Assembly: GCA_963793265.1 (NCBI GenBank)
Contig: CAWBZI010000006.1
Location: forward strand, 416,001-480,000
DNA: 64,000 nucleotides
Source of the DNA: an uncultured cyanobacterium
GTDB lineage: Bacteria > Cyanobacteriota > Cyanobacteriia > Phormidesmidales > Phormidesmidaceae
Direction: 5' to 3'
Position 1 is the first letter of the stretch. Each line of letters starts with the position of its first letter. Below the pieces are notes generated by a model. The model was given only the letters and a program-made list of their open reading frames with translations, did no database searches and was not told the DNA's origin. Positions 40,714 through 49,699 of this stretch are shown here, piece after piece. Position numbers and translations under genes: made by a program.

Positions 40714-41486
40714 GACGCCAAACCCAAATCCCGACTTTCGGGACTGAAACCACTCATTCTTTTAGGTCTGCTGCTATTTACGAACAGACGCCAAACCCAA
40801 ATCCCGACTTTCGGGACTGAAACCAACCGGCTAGCTGAGTCAACCAATGCTGCTGCGCCTGCTGGGACGCCAAACCCAAATCCCGACTTTCGGGACTGAA
40901 ACGCAGCGTCTGTGCCGTGGATAAACTCAAACGAACAGGACGCCAAACCCAAATCCCGACTTTCGGGACTGAAACTCGTCGGGGTCTATGCAGGCTTTCG
41001 CCGCTATCGCCGACGCCAAACCCAAATCCCGACTTTCGGGACTGAAACTTGTCAAAAGCATTTAGAGAATAGATAACCCAGTCTTCAGGACGCCAAACCC
41101 AAATCCCGACTTTCGGGACTGAAACCGGCAGCAGGGCGATCACCTCTCTCAGGCCATCTAGACGCCAAACCCAAATCCCGACTTTCGGGACTGAAACCCT
41201 GACACTGCATCAGCGAGTGGCCCCAAGTCGACGCCAAACCCAAATCCCGACTTTCGGGACTGAAACAAATCTTCGTAGGCCACCTTAACAGCGGCCTGCA
41301 TTAGGACGCCAAACCCAAATCCCGACTTTCGGGACTGAAACGAGAGCATTTATTACCTATGACGGCAGATTTGATAGACGCCAAACCCAAATCCCGACTT
41401 TCGGGACTGAAACTACCCCTGGGTCATTCCCTGACGGATATAAGCCGGGGACGCCAAACCCAAATCCCGACTTTCGGGACTGAAAC
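40714..41486 (+). CRISPR. CRISPR array, 11 identical 37-bp repeats and 10 spacers (32-42 bp), type I-D-like, no cas operon in the window
   Basis: Repeat GACGCCAAACCCAAATCCCGACTTTCGGGACTGAAAC at 40714, 40787, 40866, 40939, 41012, 41089, 41161, 41230, 41305, 41377, 41450. The TCCCG..CGGGA hairpin and CTGAAAC 3' end resemble the Synechocystis I-D repeat. Confidence 0.98.
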
Positions 41487-41582
41487 ACTCAGGAGATCTC
41501 AGGACACAAAAGCTTGCAGGAGCTACAGCACTACTTAGAAGTGTTGCCTGAGCAGGTTGAGGATGAGATCGCACCATTATGA
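41487..41582 (+). pseudogene. C-terminal remnant of a tyrosine recombinase/integrase
   Basis: Reads TQEISGHKSLQELQHYLEVLPEQVEDEIAPL-stop, matching the GH...Y catalytic box of cyanobacterial integrases. No start codon or 5' part. Confidence 0.75.
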
Positions 41583-41677
41583 ATCTTATTTCAGGCTTGA
41601 CTTTACATAAGGTAGGCCAAGCAGCCTAGTCCACGCCACAAAATGTATTAGGATATCAGACACATCAAACACATAAG

Positions 41678-42607
41678 ATGAATCAACTATCGCACGTAGA
41701 GCCCAGAGCCGAAATCAAAGAGGTTAAAGGGGCACAAGGATCGGGAGGGGCTCAGCTCTACTTCAACCATCGCAACGGAAAGCTGTTCCAAGGCGATTCA
41801 GTTAGTTGGTTGTCATCCCTTGAATCTGAATCCGTAAACCTGATTTTTGCTGATCCTCCCTATAACCTTAAGAAAGCTGAGTGGGACAGTTTTGAAAGCC
41901 AAGAAGAATATATTGCTTGGTCAATGAGATGGATAGAGCAGGCCGCAAGGGTTCTTAAAGCTGATGGCACACTCTATATATGTGGCTTCTCTGAAATTCT
42001 GGCAGATATTAAGCATCCTGCAATGAAACTATTTAAGTCTTGTCGGTGGATAGTTTGGCACTACAAAAATAAAGCTAACCTCGGCAGCGATTGGGGGCGA
42101 TCGCACGAAAGCCTACTGCATCTTAGAAAACAGAAGAAAGTCAAGTTGAATATAGACGACGTTCGTATTCCTTACGGTGCACATACTCTGAAATATCCAT
42201 CGCACCCTCAGGCTGAGACAAGTCAGTATAGTAAAGGAAAAAAGCGTAAGAGCGAGTGGATTCCCCATCCAAAAGGTGCGAAGCCTAAAGATGTGATTGA
42301 TGTTCCTACTACCTGTAATGGAATGTATGAATCGACACCCCATCCTACTCAAAAACCCGAGGAGCTAGTAAGAAAGTTTGTACTCGCCTCGTCAAATAAG
42401 GGGGATGTTGTTCTAGATCCATTCTCCGGATCTGGAACGACCCTAGTGGTAGCAGAACAGCTAGGCCGCAAATGGTTAGGCTGTGATCTTGAGGAAGAAT
42501 ACAATGCATGGGCTGTAGGTCGGCTCAAAGAAGTCCGAAAGATGAGTGTTGACGAATGGATTGCTCATGATCGTAAGACATCTGAGCGACGGGAGAAAAT
42601 TCGTTGA
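41678..42607 (+). CDS. Site-specific DNA amino-methyltransferase (m4C/m6A, beta class)
   Basis: Motif IV FADPPYN, HPTQKPE, motif I VLDPFSGSGTT. Confidence 0.93.
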   Translation: MNQLSHVEPRAEIKEVKGAQGSGGAQLYFNHRNGKLFQGDSVSWLSSLESESVNLIFADPPYNLKKAEWDSFESQEEYIAWSMRWIEQAARVLKADGTLYICGFSEILADIKHPAMKLFKSCRWIVWHYKNKANLGSDWGRSHESLLHLRKQKKVKLNIDDVRIPYGAHTLKYPSHPQAETSQYSKGKKRKSEWIPHPKGAKPKDVIDVPTTCNGMYESTPHPTQKPEELVRKFVLASSNKGDVVLDPFSGSGTTLVVAEQLGRKWLGCDLEEEYNAWAVGRLKEVRKMSVDEWIAHDRKTSERREKIR

Positions 42608-43506
42608 ATATAGAGGAACTAGCCGTTATCGCTGTCGATAAAGAAAACTTTTTATCCATCGAAAACTTTATTGAGTTTAGCAAGCAGTACCTAGAGTTCT
42701 CAGCAGAAGGTCTACAGGCTGTGATCGTCTCTCAGAACGAAAACCACTACAGGTTTTATCAATACAAGCAAGGAGGTTATTTCAACATTACACGTCCTCT
42801 TAATTCACGTCTGATGTATGACATTAGCGAACAGGAAAAGCTTGATGAGTTCCTACATATCTTGGGCGAGGTTAGGGATATACCTAAAGACGATTCTGAA
42901 AAAAGAGACACTATAGTCCGTGTAATTTACACCTTGCAGCAGTGTATTGGAGCAGCGCTTGACGCCCTTCCTTCAGGTGCATCTAATAGAGCGCGGAAAG
43001 TCAACGGCGATTTGTTTGAGCGCCTTATTCAACTACTAATAAGGCGAGTTGGCATTACGTGTAAGACAGGAACTATAAAAATCCCCGTCGAGGTCGATGG
43101 TGAGATTCAATTTCACATGAACTATCAACACGATCTTTTAATTCACAATAACGAGGAACTGAAGGTCATTGGATCAGTCAAAACATCCAGCAAAGACCGC
43201 ATTGACAAGATATTCTTGGATAAATTTCTATACTCAAAAATAACGGAAACATCTCTACCCCATATTGCTATATTCCTCAACGATGTTCAGAGAAAAAAGA
43301 CGGCTAAGCAAGATAGATACGGCGTAAGTGCCACCTTCTTACCAGGGCACTTCAAAGGATTCACTGTCAAACTTAATCCTCTAGATGGAGTGTATTACTG
43401 TGATATCAGACCGAATATGCGCACAGAGCCGATATTAAAAGATCATATTCGGACAATCGACCACTTCTTTTGTTCTGATTTGTGGGATCTAATTCAAAAC
43501 ACTTAG
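42604..43506 (+). CDS. Putative type II restriction endonuclease (PD-(D/E)xK fold)
   Basis: Overlaps the MTase stop; AT-rich; R..NGDLFE, QHD, SVKTSSKDR motifs. Confidence 0.7.
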   Translation: MNIEELAVIAVDKENFLSIENFIEFSKQYLEFSAEGLQAVIVSQNENHYRFYQYKQGGYFNITRPLNSRLMYDISEQEKLDEFLHILGEVRDIPKDDSEKRDTIVRVIYTLQQCIGAALDALPSGASNRARKVNGDLFERLIQLLIRRVGITCKTGTIKIPVEVDGEIQFHMNYQHDLLIHNNEELKVIGSVKTSSKDRIDKIFLDKFLYSKITETSLPHIAIFLNDVQRKKTAKQDRYGVSATFLPGHFKGFTVKLNPLDGVYYCDIRPNMRTEPILKDHIRTIDHFFCSDLWDLIQNT

Positions 43507-43525
43507 CCCTTAAAAACCAGACTAT

Positions 43526-43756
43526 CTACTGAAGCTTCTTCACCCTCCATGCTGTCTCAGCCCCGTTCCTGCCAGCCTTAACGAAATTAAACCCAAGGTT
43601 TTCTTCCTCGCTACTACCCCCCAGTGCCTTTGGAATAATATGCTCAATTTCCAGCGTCCCCCAAACATACCGCTGAAGACTCAAGCAATAGCCACAGCGG
43701 TCACCGGCTTGTTGTCGAATACGAGCTTTGAGTTCGGCAGCAATATAATCGCTCAC
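43526..43756 (-). pseudogene. HNH endonuclease, truncated
   Basis: RCGYC...LEIEHIIP...GGS..EENL, then unrelated sequence; the expected C..CN half is missing. Confidence 0.75.
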
Positions 43757-44145
43757 GAATTCAACGGCTCCATCAGTCCCCTTTTCACCGCCTCGACGAT
43801 GGCTGCAGTTTTGCGTAGCCAGCCCTCGTTATAAATCTGCATCAAGGCTTCTAACGCTTGCCTTTCATCTCCAACCAACGCACACTCACGTTGTTTCTCC
43901 AACAATTCAGAGAGTTGTTGATCCTACGTTTCTGGCAGGGCGGAATTAGCCAAATCAAGAACAGCGTAATCAGACATTTCTGATACAGATGGAAGGGCAT
44001 CAATTTCTTCGCTCAGTGGCGGCAACGAGGAAACAACCGTCTCTGATAAGACGCTCGATAAGTCACGGTTGATAAGACGTGCAAACCGCTCCGCCCTCTG
44101 ATACGTTTCTTCCGGCAGGTCAATTGTGACTTGAATCGTGCTCAT
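43753..44145 (-). pseudogene. Antitoxin-like partner of the HNH gene, interrupted by an in-frame TAG at 43926-43924
   Basis: The frame continues past TAG as DQQLSELLEKQRECALVGDERQALEALMQIYNEGWLRKTAAIVEAVKRGLMEPLNS to a TGA overlapping the HNH GTG. Confidence 0.75.
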
Positions 44146-44214
44146 AGCAAGCCGCTCATTTATCGAGTGTCCAGTTTGTTTTCAGTTTACCGCAGTGCAC
44201 AGGATCTACTCTAT

Positions 44215-44520
44215 CTACTCTATTCGCTGAGCCACCGTCAAGATCGCCATCACTTCACCCAGCCTACCCGTACTCAGCAGCCGACTCCAATCATTCGGCT
44301 CAGCGTAGCCCAACTGATGCAGCCGCAAAATCGCCGCCTTCACACCCTTAGGCGAGCCAAACACCATATGGCGCACCTGCTCGCGATCGCCACCACCACC
44401 TCCACGCCCCGGATCCAACGGCAGCCCAGCCGATGCCGTCAGCGGTAAAGCCTGCGGTGAAGAGGGTAGAGCACCCGAAACAGTAGACGCATCAGCGCCT
44501 GATAAAGAAAGCGTAGTCAT
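44215..44520 (-). CDS. Small conserved cyanobacterial protein (GS...I..LH.LGYAE..DWS family)
   Basis: ATG at 44520 (MTTLSL) preferred; conserved-looking C-domain REQVRHMVFGSPKGV...LHQLGYAEPNDWS...GEVMAIL. Confidence 0.7.
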   Translation of the reverse strand: MTTLSLSGADASTVSGALPSSPQALPLTASAGLPLDPGRGGGGGDREQVRHMVFGSPKGVKAAILRLHQLGYAEPNDWSRLLSTGRLGEVMAILTVAQRIE

Positions 44521-44609
44521 GAGATTCTGGCTCCCGAGTATGTTTTGCTTGGAGGAAACCAGAACCCAAAAAACCAAAGCAACGCCACAAAGAGCCGCAA
44601 AGCGCGGGA

Positions 44610-44712
44610 CAAATCGGAGTCGCTAAGGTATCCTGCCCTTAGCTGTCAGACTGGTCGTTTCAGTTTGATAGCTAGCGATTCGGTAGGTGGTGAGACACCT
44701 GCCGGATCGTGC
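44610..44712. ncRNA. Putative structured RNA (leader or antisense) upstream of the small gene
   Basis: Hairpins GCTAAGG-N8-CCTTAGC and CGATTCGGTAGGTG-GTGAGA-CACCTGCCGGATCG (14 bp with two G-U pairs on the + strand). Confidence 0.45.
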
Positions 44713-44834
44713 GTCAGTCAGTTGAGTTCTGTAAGAACAGGCATGTGATAGGCATCACACAACCCTAGTAAATGACGATAAACCCTTTCTCGTGTGGCGT
44801 CAAGCAAAAAACTAGCCCTCAAGCACGTCTGAGG

Positions 44835-45251
44835 CTACCGACCGCTCGATTTGTCTGAAGCTGATCGCGTCGGCGCAGCGATATCGCGCGTGTTTTTTTG
44901 AACCGCGATCGCCCCAAACAAGCTCAGCAAAAACGCCATAATATAAAATCCCTTTTCGCTCAACAGCAAATCAGCATTCCACAGGCCCACAAAAAGCAAC
45001 AGCACGCACAAAATCACCGACGCCCAGGCCATCCCATAATAAAGGTCTGTCACCTTAATTCCTTCTTCTTTATCCCGCACGCTCTTTTGCAACGAAACTG
45101 TCGAGAACAAAGCGTACATTAATAGAACAAAATAGAATCCCTTTTCGTTTAGCTGCATTCCGGCATTCCAAAGCCCTGTAAAGAAAGCAACCATACCAGC
45201 CGACAAAGCCACGTACGACGCCCCAATAAAAGCAGGTGTGGGTTTACTCAT
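44835..45251 (-). CDS. yiaA: Inner membrane protein YiaA
   Basis: Two YiaAB repeats: GLWNA.M.LNEKGFY...QKSVRD and [13 protein letters not shown]...QKNTRD; ATG 45251. Confidence 0.9.
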   Translation of the reverse strand: MSKPTPAFIGASYVALSAGMVAFFTGLWNAGMQLNEKGFYFVLLMYALFSTVSLQKSVRDKEEGIKVTDLYYGMAWASVILCVLLLFVGLWNADLLLSEKGFYIMAFLLSLFGAIAVQKNTRDIAAPTRSASDKSSGR

Positions 45252-45584
45252 TAAAATTCTCCTAATATACGGCAAGCTGAAGGACTTATCGACAAAACAA
45301 CATATAAACCGCTCAGCCAAATCCATCTCGCCAGCTTACCCACATTATATTCATCAACCCACACTGATATTTCAGACGCGATCGCCCCCTTCCCTTGTAA
45401 AGTTACATTGCTAAACGTCTGTAAAACAGCAGCACTTTCCGGTATCTCCCCCGTACAAACACAGTTCTTATTCAGCGCAATATTACATTGATTATTTTTG
45501 ATAATTGATGCGGGTAGGCTGTGAAAAAGTTGACGGGTAGGCCCACAGGCCGAACCACAAGCCGCTATATCTTGAGGCGCAACC

Positions 45585-46247
45585 ATGCATTACGAAATCC
45601 GCTATAAGCCAGCCTTTGCCACCCTGTTTTTGACTCTAAAGCCAGGCGAGCGCATCTACGCCGAAGCTGGAGCCATGGCCAGCATGGCCGGACATCTTGC
45701 CATGAAGACCCAGTTTTTTGGTGGCCTCGTCCCCGGCCTACTCAAAGCCTTTCTCGGCGGCGAGTCCTTATTTATCAATCTCTTTTCTAACCCTACAGGC
45801 GAACCCAAAGAGCTAGTCCTCACCCAGTCCAGCGTTGGCGACATCACCACCATTAACCTCAGCGGCAACGAACTTTGCCTGCAGCCCGGCGCTTACATCG
45901 CCCACACGCCCGGCGTAAACGTAAGCCTGCAATGGGCAGGGCTGGCAAGCTGGTTCTCAGGCGAAGGACTCTTCAAGCTCAAGCTCAGCGGCACGGGCAT
46001 GGTCTTTTTTGGCGCGTACGGCGGGCTCTCTGAAGTGATGGTAAAAGACGAATTTACAGTAGATACCGGCCATCTCGTCGCCTACGAGCCCGGCATCAAA
46101 ATGAGCGTTGCCCTATCAGGCGGACTCGTCGGCTCAGTTACCTCGGGCGAAGGCTTTATCAACAAGCTGCAAGGGCGCGGCAAAATCTACCTTCAGTCAC
46201 GCAGCGTTGATGGACTTGCTAGATTTTTACGGCCTCGGCTTCGGTAG
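45585..46247 (+). CDS. AIM24 family protein (TIGR00266)
   Basis: AEAGAM, GGESLFIN, GEGLF, VDTGHLVA. Confidence 0.9.
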   Translation: MHYEIRYKPAFATLFLTLKPGERIYAEAGAMASMAGHLAMKTQFFGGLVPGLLKAFLGGESLFINLFSNPTGEPKELVLTQSSVGDITTINLSGNELCLQPGAYIAHTPGVNVSLQWAGLASWFSGEGLFKLKLSGTGMVFFGAYGGLSEVMVKDEFTVDTGHLVAYEPGIKMSVALSGGLVGSVTSGEGFINKLQGRGKIYLQSRSVDGLARFLRPRLR

Positions 46248-46267
46248 TTAATTAAGGAGACACTAAA

Positions 46268-46945
46268 GTGAAAATTGAACTGTTACATCAGCCGGATAGT
46301 GCGATCGCTAAAATCAGCATGAAGCCTCGAGAAGAGATAGTCGCTGAGGCCGGGGCGATGATCGCCATGAGCGCCTACATGAACGTTAGCACCACGCTCA
46401 AACGCGGCAAAGGTGGCGGCGTGATGGGCGGGCTCAAGCGGATGCTGGCCGGAGAATCGCTATTTATGAGCGTGTTTCGGTCGGGCAACAGCGATGCTGA
46501 AATCTATTTGGCCCCTAAGCTTATGGGAGACATTCTTCCCTATCAGCTCACCGGCACCGAACTGGTGGTGCAGTCTACCGGCTACATGGCCAGCACTCCT
46601 GGCGTCACGATTGACTTAGGCTTTACTGGTTTCAAAAGTCTCTTTTCAGGAGAGTCTTTATTTTGGCTGAGCGTCAGCGGCGCAGGCTCGGTATTGCTCA
46701 GCTCATTCGGCAGCATTTACGAAGTGGATGTCGATGGTGAGTATGTTGTCGATACGGGTCATATTGTTGCATTTGAGCGATCGCTAGACTACAAAATCAG
46801 CAAAGGCAACAATAGCTGGGCAGGCGCGTTCTTTGGCGGTGAAGGCTTTGTGTGTAGGTTTCACGGTAAAGGCAAAGTCTTTTGCCAGACGCATAATCCG
46901 GGTGCCTTTGGGCGATTGGTGGGTGGTAAGCTGCCGCCTCGATAG
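46268..46945 (+). CDS. AIM24 family protein (TIGR00266)
   Basis: AEAGAM, AGESLF, VDTGHIVAF, GGEGFV. Confidence 0.9.
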   Translation: MKIELLHQPDSAIAKISMKPREEIVAEAGAMIAMSAYMNVSTTLKRGKGGGVMGGLKRMLAGESLFMSVFRSGNSDAEIYLAPKLMGDILPYQLTGTELVVQSTGYMASTPGVTIDLGFTGFKSLFSGESLFWLSVSGAGSVLLSSFGSIYEVDVDGEYVVDTGHIVAFERSLDYKISKGNNSWAGAFFGGEGFVCRFHGKGKVFCQTHNPGAFGRLVGGKLPPR

Positions 46946-46974
46946 TAGAGACGGGTTATTAGCCTACACACCGG

Positions 46975-47018
46975 AACCCATCCCGTCCCTGCGGGCCACC
47001 CCTCCCGAAAGGGGATTT
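46975..47018. repeat. REP-like double-hairpin element
   Basis: ACCCATCCCGTCCCTGCGGGCCACCCCTCCCGAAAGGGGATTT between AIM24 genes 2 and 3; only one copy seen in this window. Confidence 0.4.
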
Positions 47019-47077
47019 GCTTCAGGCTGGGGCGTTAGAAGAGATCCTGTTTTGAATTGAGCGGAGACAACTATTTC

Positions 47078-47773
47078 ATGAGTGCTGAAATTAGATACGA
47101 TATTGAACATAAGCCTGCTTATGCTTCGCTGAAGCTGGGGCTAAATGCGAATCAGACTGTAATGGTAGAAGCGGGCGCGATGGCCGCGATGGATAGCTGT
47201 ATTACGATGAGATCTAAGGCCAAAGGTGGCTTTAAGAAAGGGCTGGGTCGCATGTTAGGCGGCGAATCTCTCTTTGTGAGTGAGTTTACAGCCGAAGGGA
47301 AATCTGGCGATATATATGTATCTCCTGGCGTGCCTGGTGACATTCAGCACTACGTTTTAGACGGTTCTACTAACTTGATGGTGCAATCGTCAGGTTTTGT
47401 TGCATCCGGGCCGAATGTGGTGATTGATAGTAAGTTTCAGGGATTCAAAGGTTTCTTTAGCGGTGAGTCACTGTTTTTGCTTAGGGTGACAGGTACAGGA
47501 GACTTTTGGTTTAGCTCATTTGGCGCTGTACTCGAAATTCCGGTAGACGGCCATTATGTGGTGGATACTGGCTACATTGTCGCCTTTGAAGATACGCTTA
47601 ACTACGAAGTTGAAGTGATGGGCGGCCTCTCTTTCAAAAGCCTGAAAACTAGCATTTTGGGCGGTGAGGGATTGGTCACGCGCTTTAGCGGCAAAGGTAA
47701 GCTTTGGGTTCAATCTCGTAACCTGTACTCCTTTGTCAACTTCATCAATCCGTTCCGTCCTGTTAAGAGCTAG
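47078..47773 (+). CDS. AIM24 family protein (TIGR00266)
   Basis: VEAGAM, GGESLF, VDTGYIVAF, GGEGLV; ATG 47078 preferred over 47057. Confidence 0.9.
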   Translation: MSAEIRYDIEHKPAYASLKLGLNANQTVMVEAGAMAAMDSCITMRSKAKGGFKKGLGRMLGGESLFVSEFTAEGKSGDIYVSPGVPGDIQHYVLDGSTNLMVQSSGFVASGPNVVIDSKFQGFKGFFSGESLFLLRVTGTGDFWFSSFGAVLEIPVDGHYVVDTGYIVAFEDTLNYEVEVMGGLSFKSLKTSILGGEGLVTRFSGKGKLWVQSRNLYSFVNFINPFRPVKS

Positions 47774-47797
47774 CGCTTAGTTGTTGGTTAAAAAAGA

Positions 47798-48646
47798 ATG
47801 GCTATAGAACTTCCCGAAGGTACAGCGGCTTATTCTGAAGATACCCCACCGCCTAAAAACAGCCAGTTGCTCACGCTGCTGGGTTTGTTTTTGTGTGGAC
47901 TTCTTGGCGCGATCACTCTGGCCATCTGGTTCTCTAACGCCCTCGTCTGGTTCATTCCCCCAGCGGTAGAACAGCAGCTAGGGAGAGCCATCGTACCTAT
48001 ATACCAGAGGCAGGCCCAACCTTCAGCTACTCAAGATGAACTCAACCTCTTGCTCGATAGATTAGAGACTGAGCTTCCTGCTGAACAAACCGAAGGGAGA
48101 GACTATCAGGTTTTTTATGTGCCCGAAGATACGGTGAACGCGCTGGCGATTCCGGGCGATCGCATTGTCATCTACAAAGGACTATTGGCCGAAGTAGAGT
48201 CTGAAAACGAGCTAATGATGATCTTAGGTCATGAGCTGGGCCACTTTGCCAATCGCGATCATCTGCGGGGGCTAACCCGGCAGGTGCTGGTTCGGCTGGT
48301 GTTGGCTTCGATGTTAGGAGATGCTGGATCGGTGGGGGCGATCGCAACCAACAGCGCTTCGGCTCTCACCAACGCTCAATTCTCTCAAACCCAAGAAAAA
48401 CAGGCTGATGAAATTGGCCTTCAGCTCCTAAAAGCCACCTACGGCCACGCCGCCGGAGCCACCGACTTCTTCAGCCGCCTGATTACAGAAGACCTACCAG
48501 CCGGGCTATCTATCCTCGCTAGCCACCCGCCCTCAAAAGCTCGCGTAGAAAACATCAAGCGCATCATTGAGAATAAAAACTACCCTATCGAAGGGAAAAC
48601 GGATCTGCCTTCAGCACTAGAGATATCGAAGTCTGACCGTGAGTAG
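47798..48646 (+). CDS. M48 family zinc metallopeptidase
   Basis: NALAIPG, HELGH, FSQ.QE..AD, SHP; N-terminal TM. Confidence 0.9.
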   Translation: MAIELPEGTAAYSEDTPPPKNSQLLTLLGLFLCGLLGAITLAIWFSNALVWFIPPAVEQQLGRAIVPIYQRQAQPSATQDELNLLLDRLETELPAEQTEGRDYQVFYVPEDTVNALAIPGDRIVIYKGLLAEVESENELMMILGHELGHFANRDHLRGLTRQVLVRLVLASMLGDAGSVGAIATNSASALTNAQFSQTQEKQADEIGLQLLKATYGHAAGATDFFSRLITEDLPAGLSILASHPPSKARVENIKRIIENKNYPIEGKTDLPSALEISKSDRE

Positions 48647-48721
48647 GTATAGATTAGAGTCATACAGACTTCACAGGCAAGCTATATTCAAGAGCGTAGT
48701 GATTTTTGAGGTGAGTCAGTT

Positions 48722-49051
48722 ATGTATTCAGTAAACATACAGGAAATTGAGAACACAGATAATCAAAAACTCATCAGTGTCGCGAGTCTTTGGGAAATAG
48801 CTATCAAAGCTAGCATCGGCAAACTAGAGATTGGAATGTCACTGACAGACCTTGTTGAAAAGCAAGTGCTAGGCAATGCATTCGGTATGCTTGCTATTAC
48901 GCCTGAGCATCTTAATGAGCTTGCAACCCTACCTTTCCATCATAAAGATCCGTTTGACCAACTTATTATTGCGCAAAGCATGGCTGAAGATATTTCTGTT
49001 ATCTCTAAAGACAAAGCATTTAGAGACTACACAGCTCAGCTAATCTGGTAA
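48722..49051 (+). pseudogene. VapC/PIN toxin lacking its N-terminus, fused to an antitoxin-like start
   Basis: SVASLWEIAIK..IGKL and HHKDPFD.LIIAQ are VapC motifs; the first catalytic LLDTH motif is absent and replaced by MYSVNIQE. Confidence 0.7.
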
Positions 49052-49111
49052 GAGAAAAATGCTTTGAATCAGCTAAAGCGTACTACGATTTTATCTTCAG
49101 CAATAGAAATT

Positions 49112-49363
49112 CTAAAGGCTAGAAGTCAAAGCTATAGTTCCGAGAGGCTCAAGTGAAACAGACAGTGAAGGCAAAGCAACTAGGCCGAACTCAGCCGGAT
49201 TTTCGCCTTCAAGGTGTAGGCTAACAGCCTCTACAAGATTAGCTGAGACTTCATATAAGGTAAGCCCTTGAGTCGCGACAGAAATCTCTATGCATTCTGC
49301 AATATATCTACTCTCTTCACCCATACGAATAATCGCGTGTATTTTTTGTTGCAAACGAATCAT
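49112..49363 (-). CDS. HicB-family antitoxin (orphan)
   Basis: YIAEC.EI.V.TQG.TL.EV..NL.EAV.LHLEGE. Confidence 0.7.
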   Translation of the reverse strand: MIRLQQKIHAIIRMGEESRYIAECIEISVATQGLTLYEVSANLVEAVSLHLEGENPAEFGLVALPSLSVSLEPLGTIALTSSL

Positions 49364-49699
49364 CTTAAAAGGTTACTAAAAGGCTGTAATAATTGCTGTC
49401 TAACACAATTAGATTAGCACTAAGCTCAATATACAAGTAGAAATTTTATCTAATGAGTACGTTTTTAGATGATGTCGAGACTGTAGACGAGCAGTAGAAA
49501 GGCAATTTCTAGAATGTAGCTGATGAAAACGCTAGGATTTAGCAGGCCATCCCACAGGTAGCCTTGGCGTTTGGAGATGGGTTCGCGCTTAAAGGTGCGG
49601 CTCCAGCCATTGTAAATGGCGGGGCACTGAAGACCGCAGTCGTTTTGGAGGACGGATTCTATTTTGGCGACGCGGGTGCTGTAACAGAATCGCTGCAAA

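Noticed and set aside
41267..41304. Spacer 8 (reverse strand reads ...VAYEDL) as a guide against the local tnpB VAYEDL motif
   Set aside because: Only a short mismatched stretch aligns and the rest of the spacer does not match; most likely chance.
40653..41349. Minus-strand ORFs with FQSRKSGFGFGV or VSVPKVGIWVWR repeats
   Set aside because: They are translations of the CRISPR repeats.
30419..41486. TnpB + array as a nascent Cas12f-like system or CAST
   Set aside because: They are 9 kb apart, the TnpB retains both IS ends, the repeat is class 1 (I-D-like), and no tns genes are present.
49564..49699. ORF-track N-terminus of the HEAT-phosphoesterase protein
   Set aside because: TTG start, no family-like features, and it overlaps a more protein-like opposite-strand fragment.
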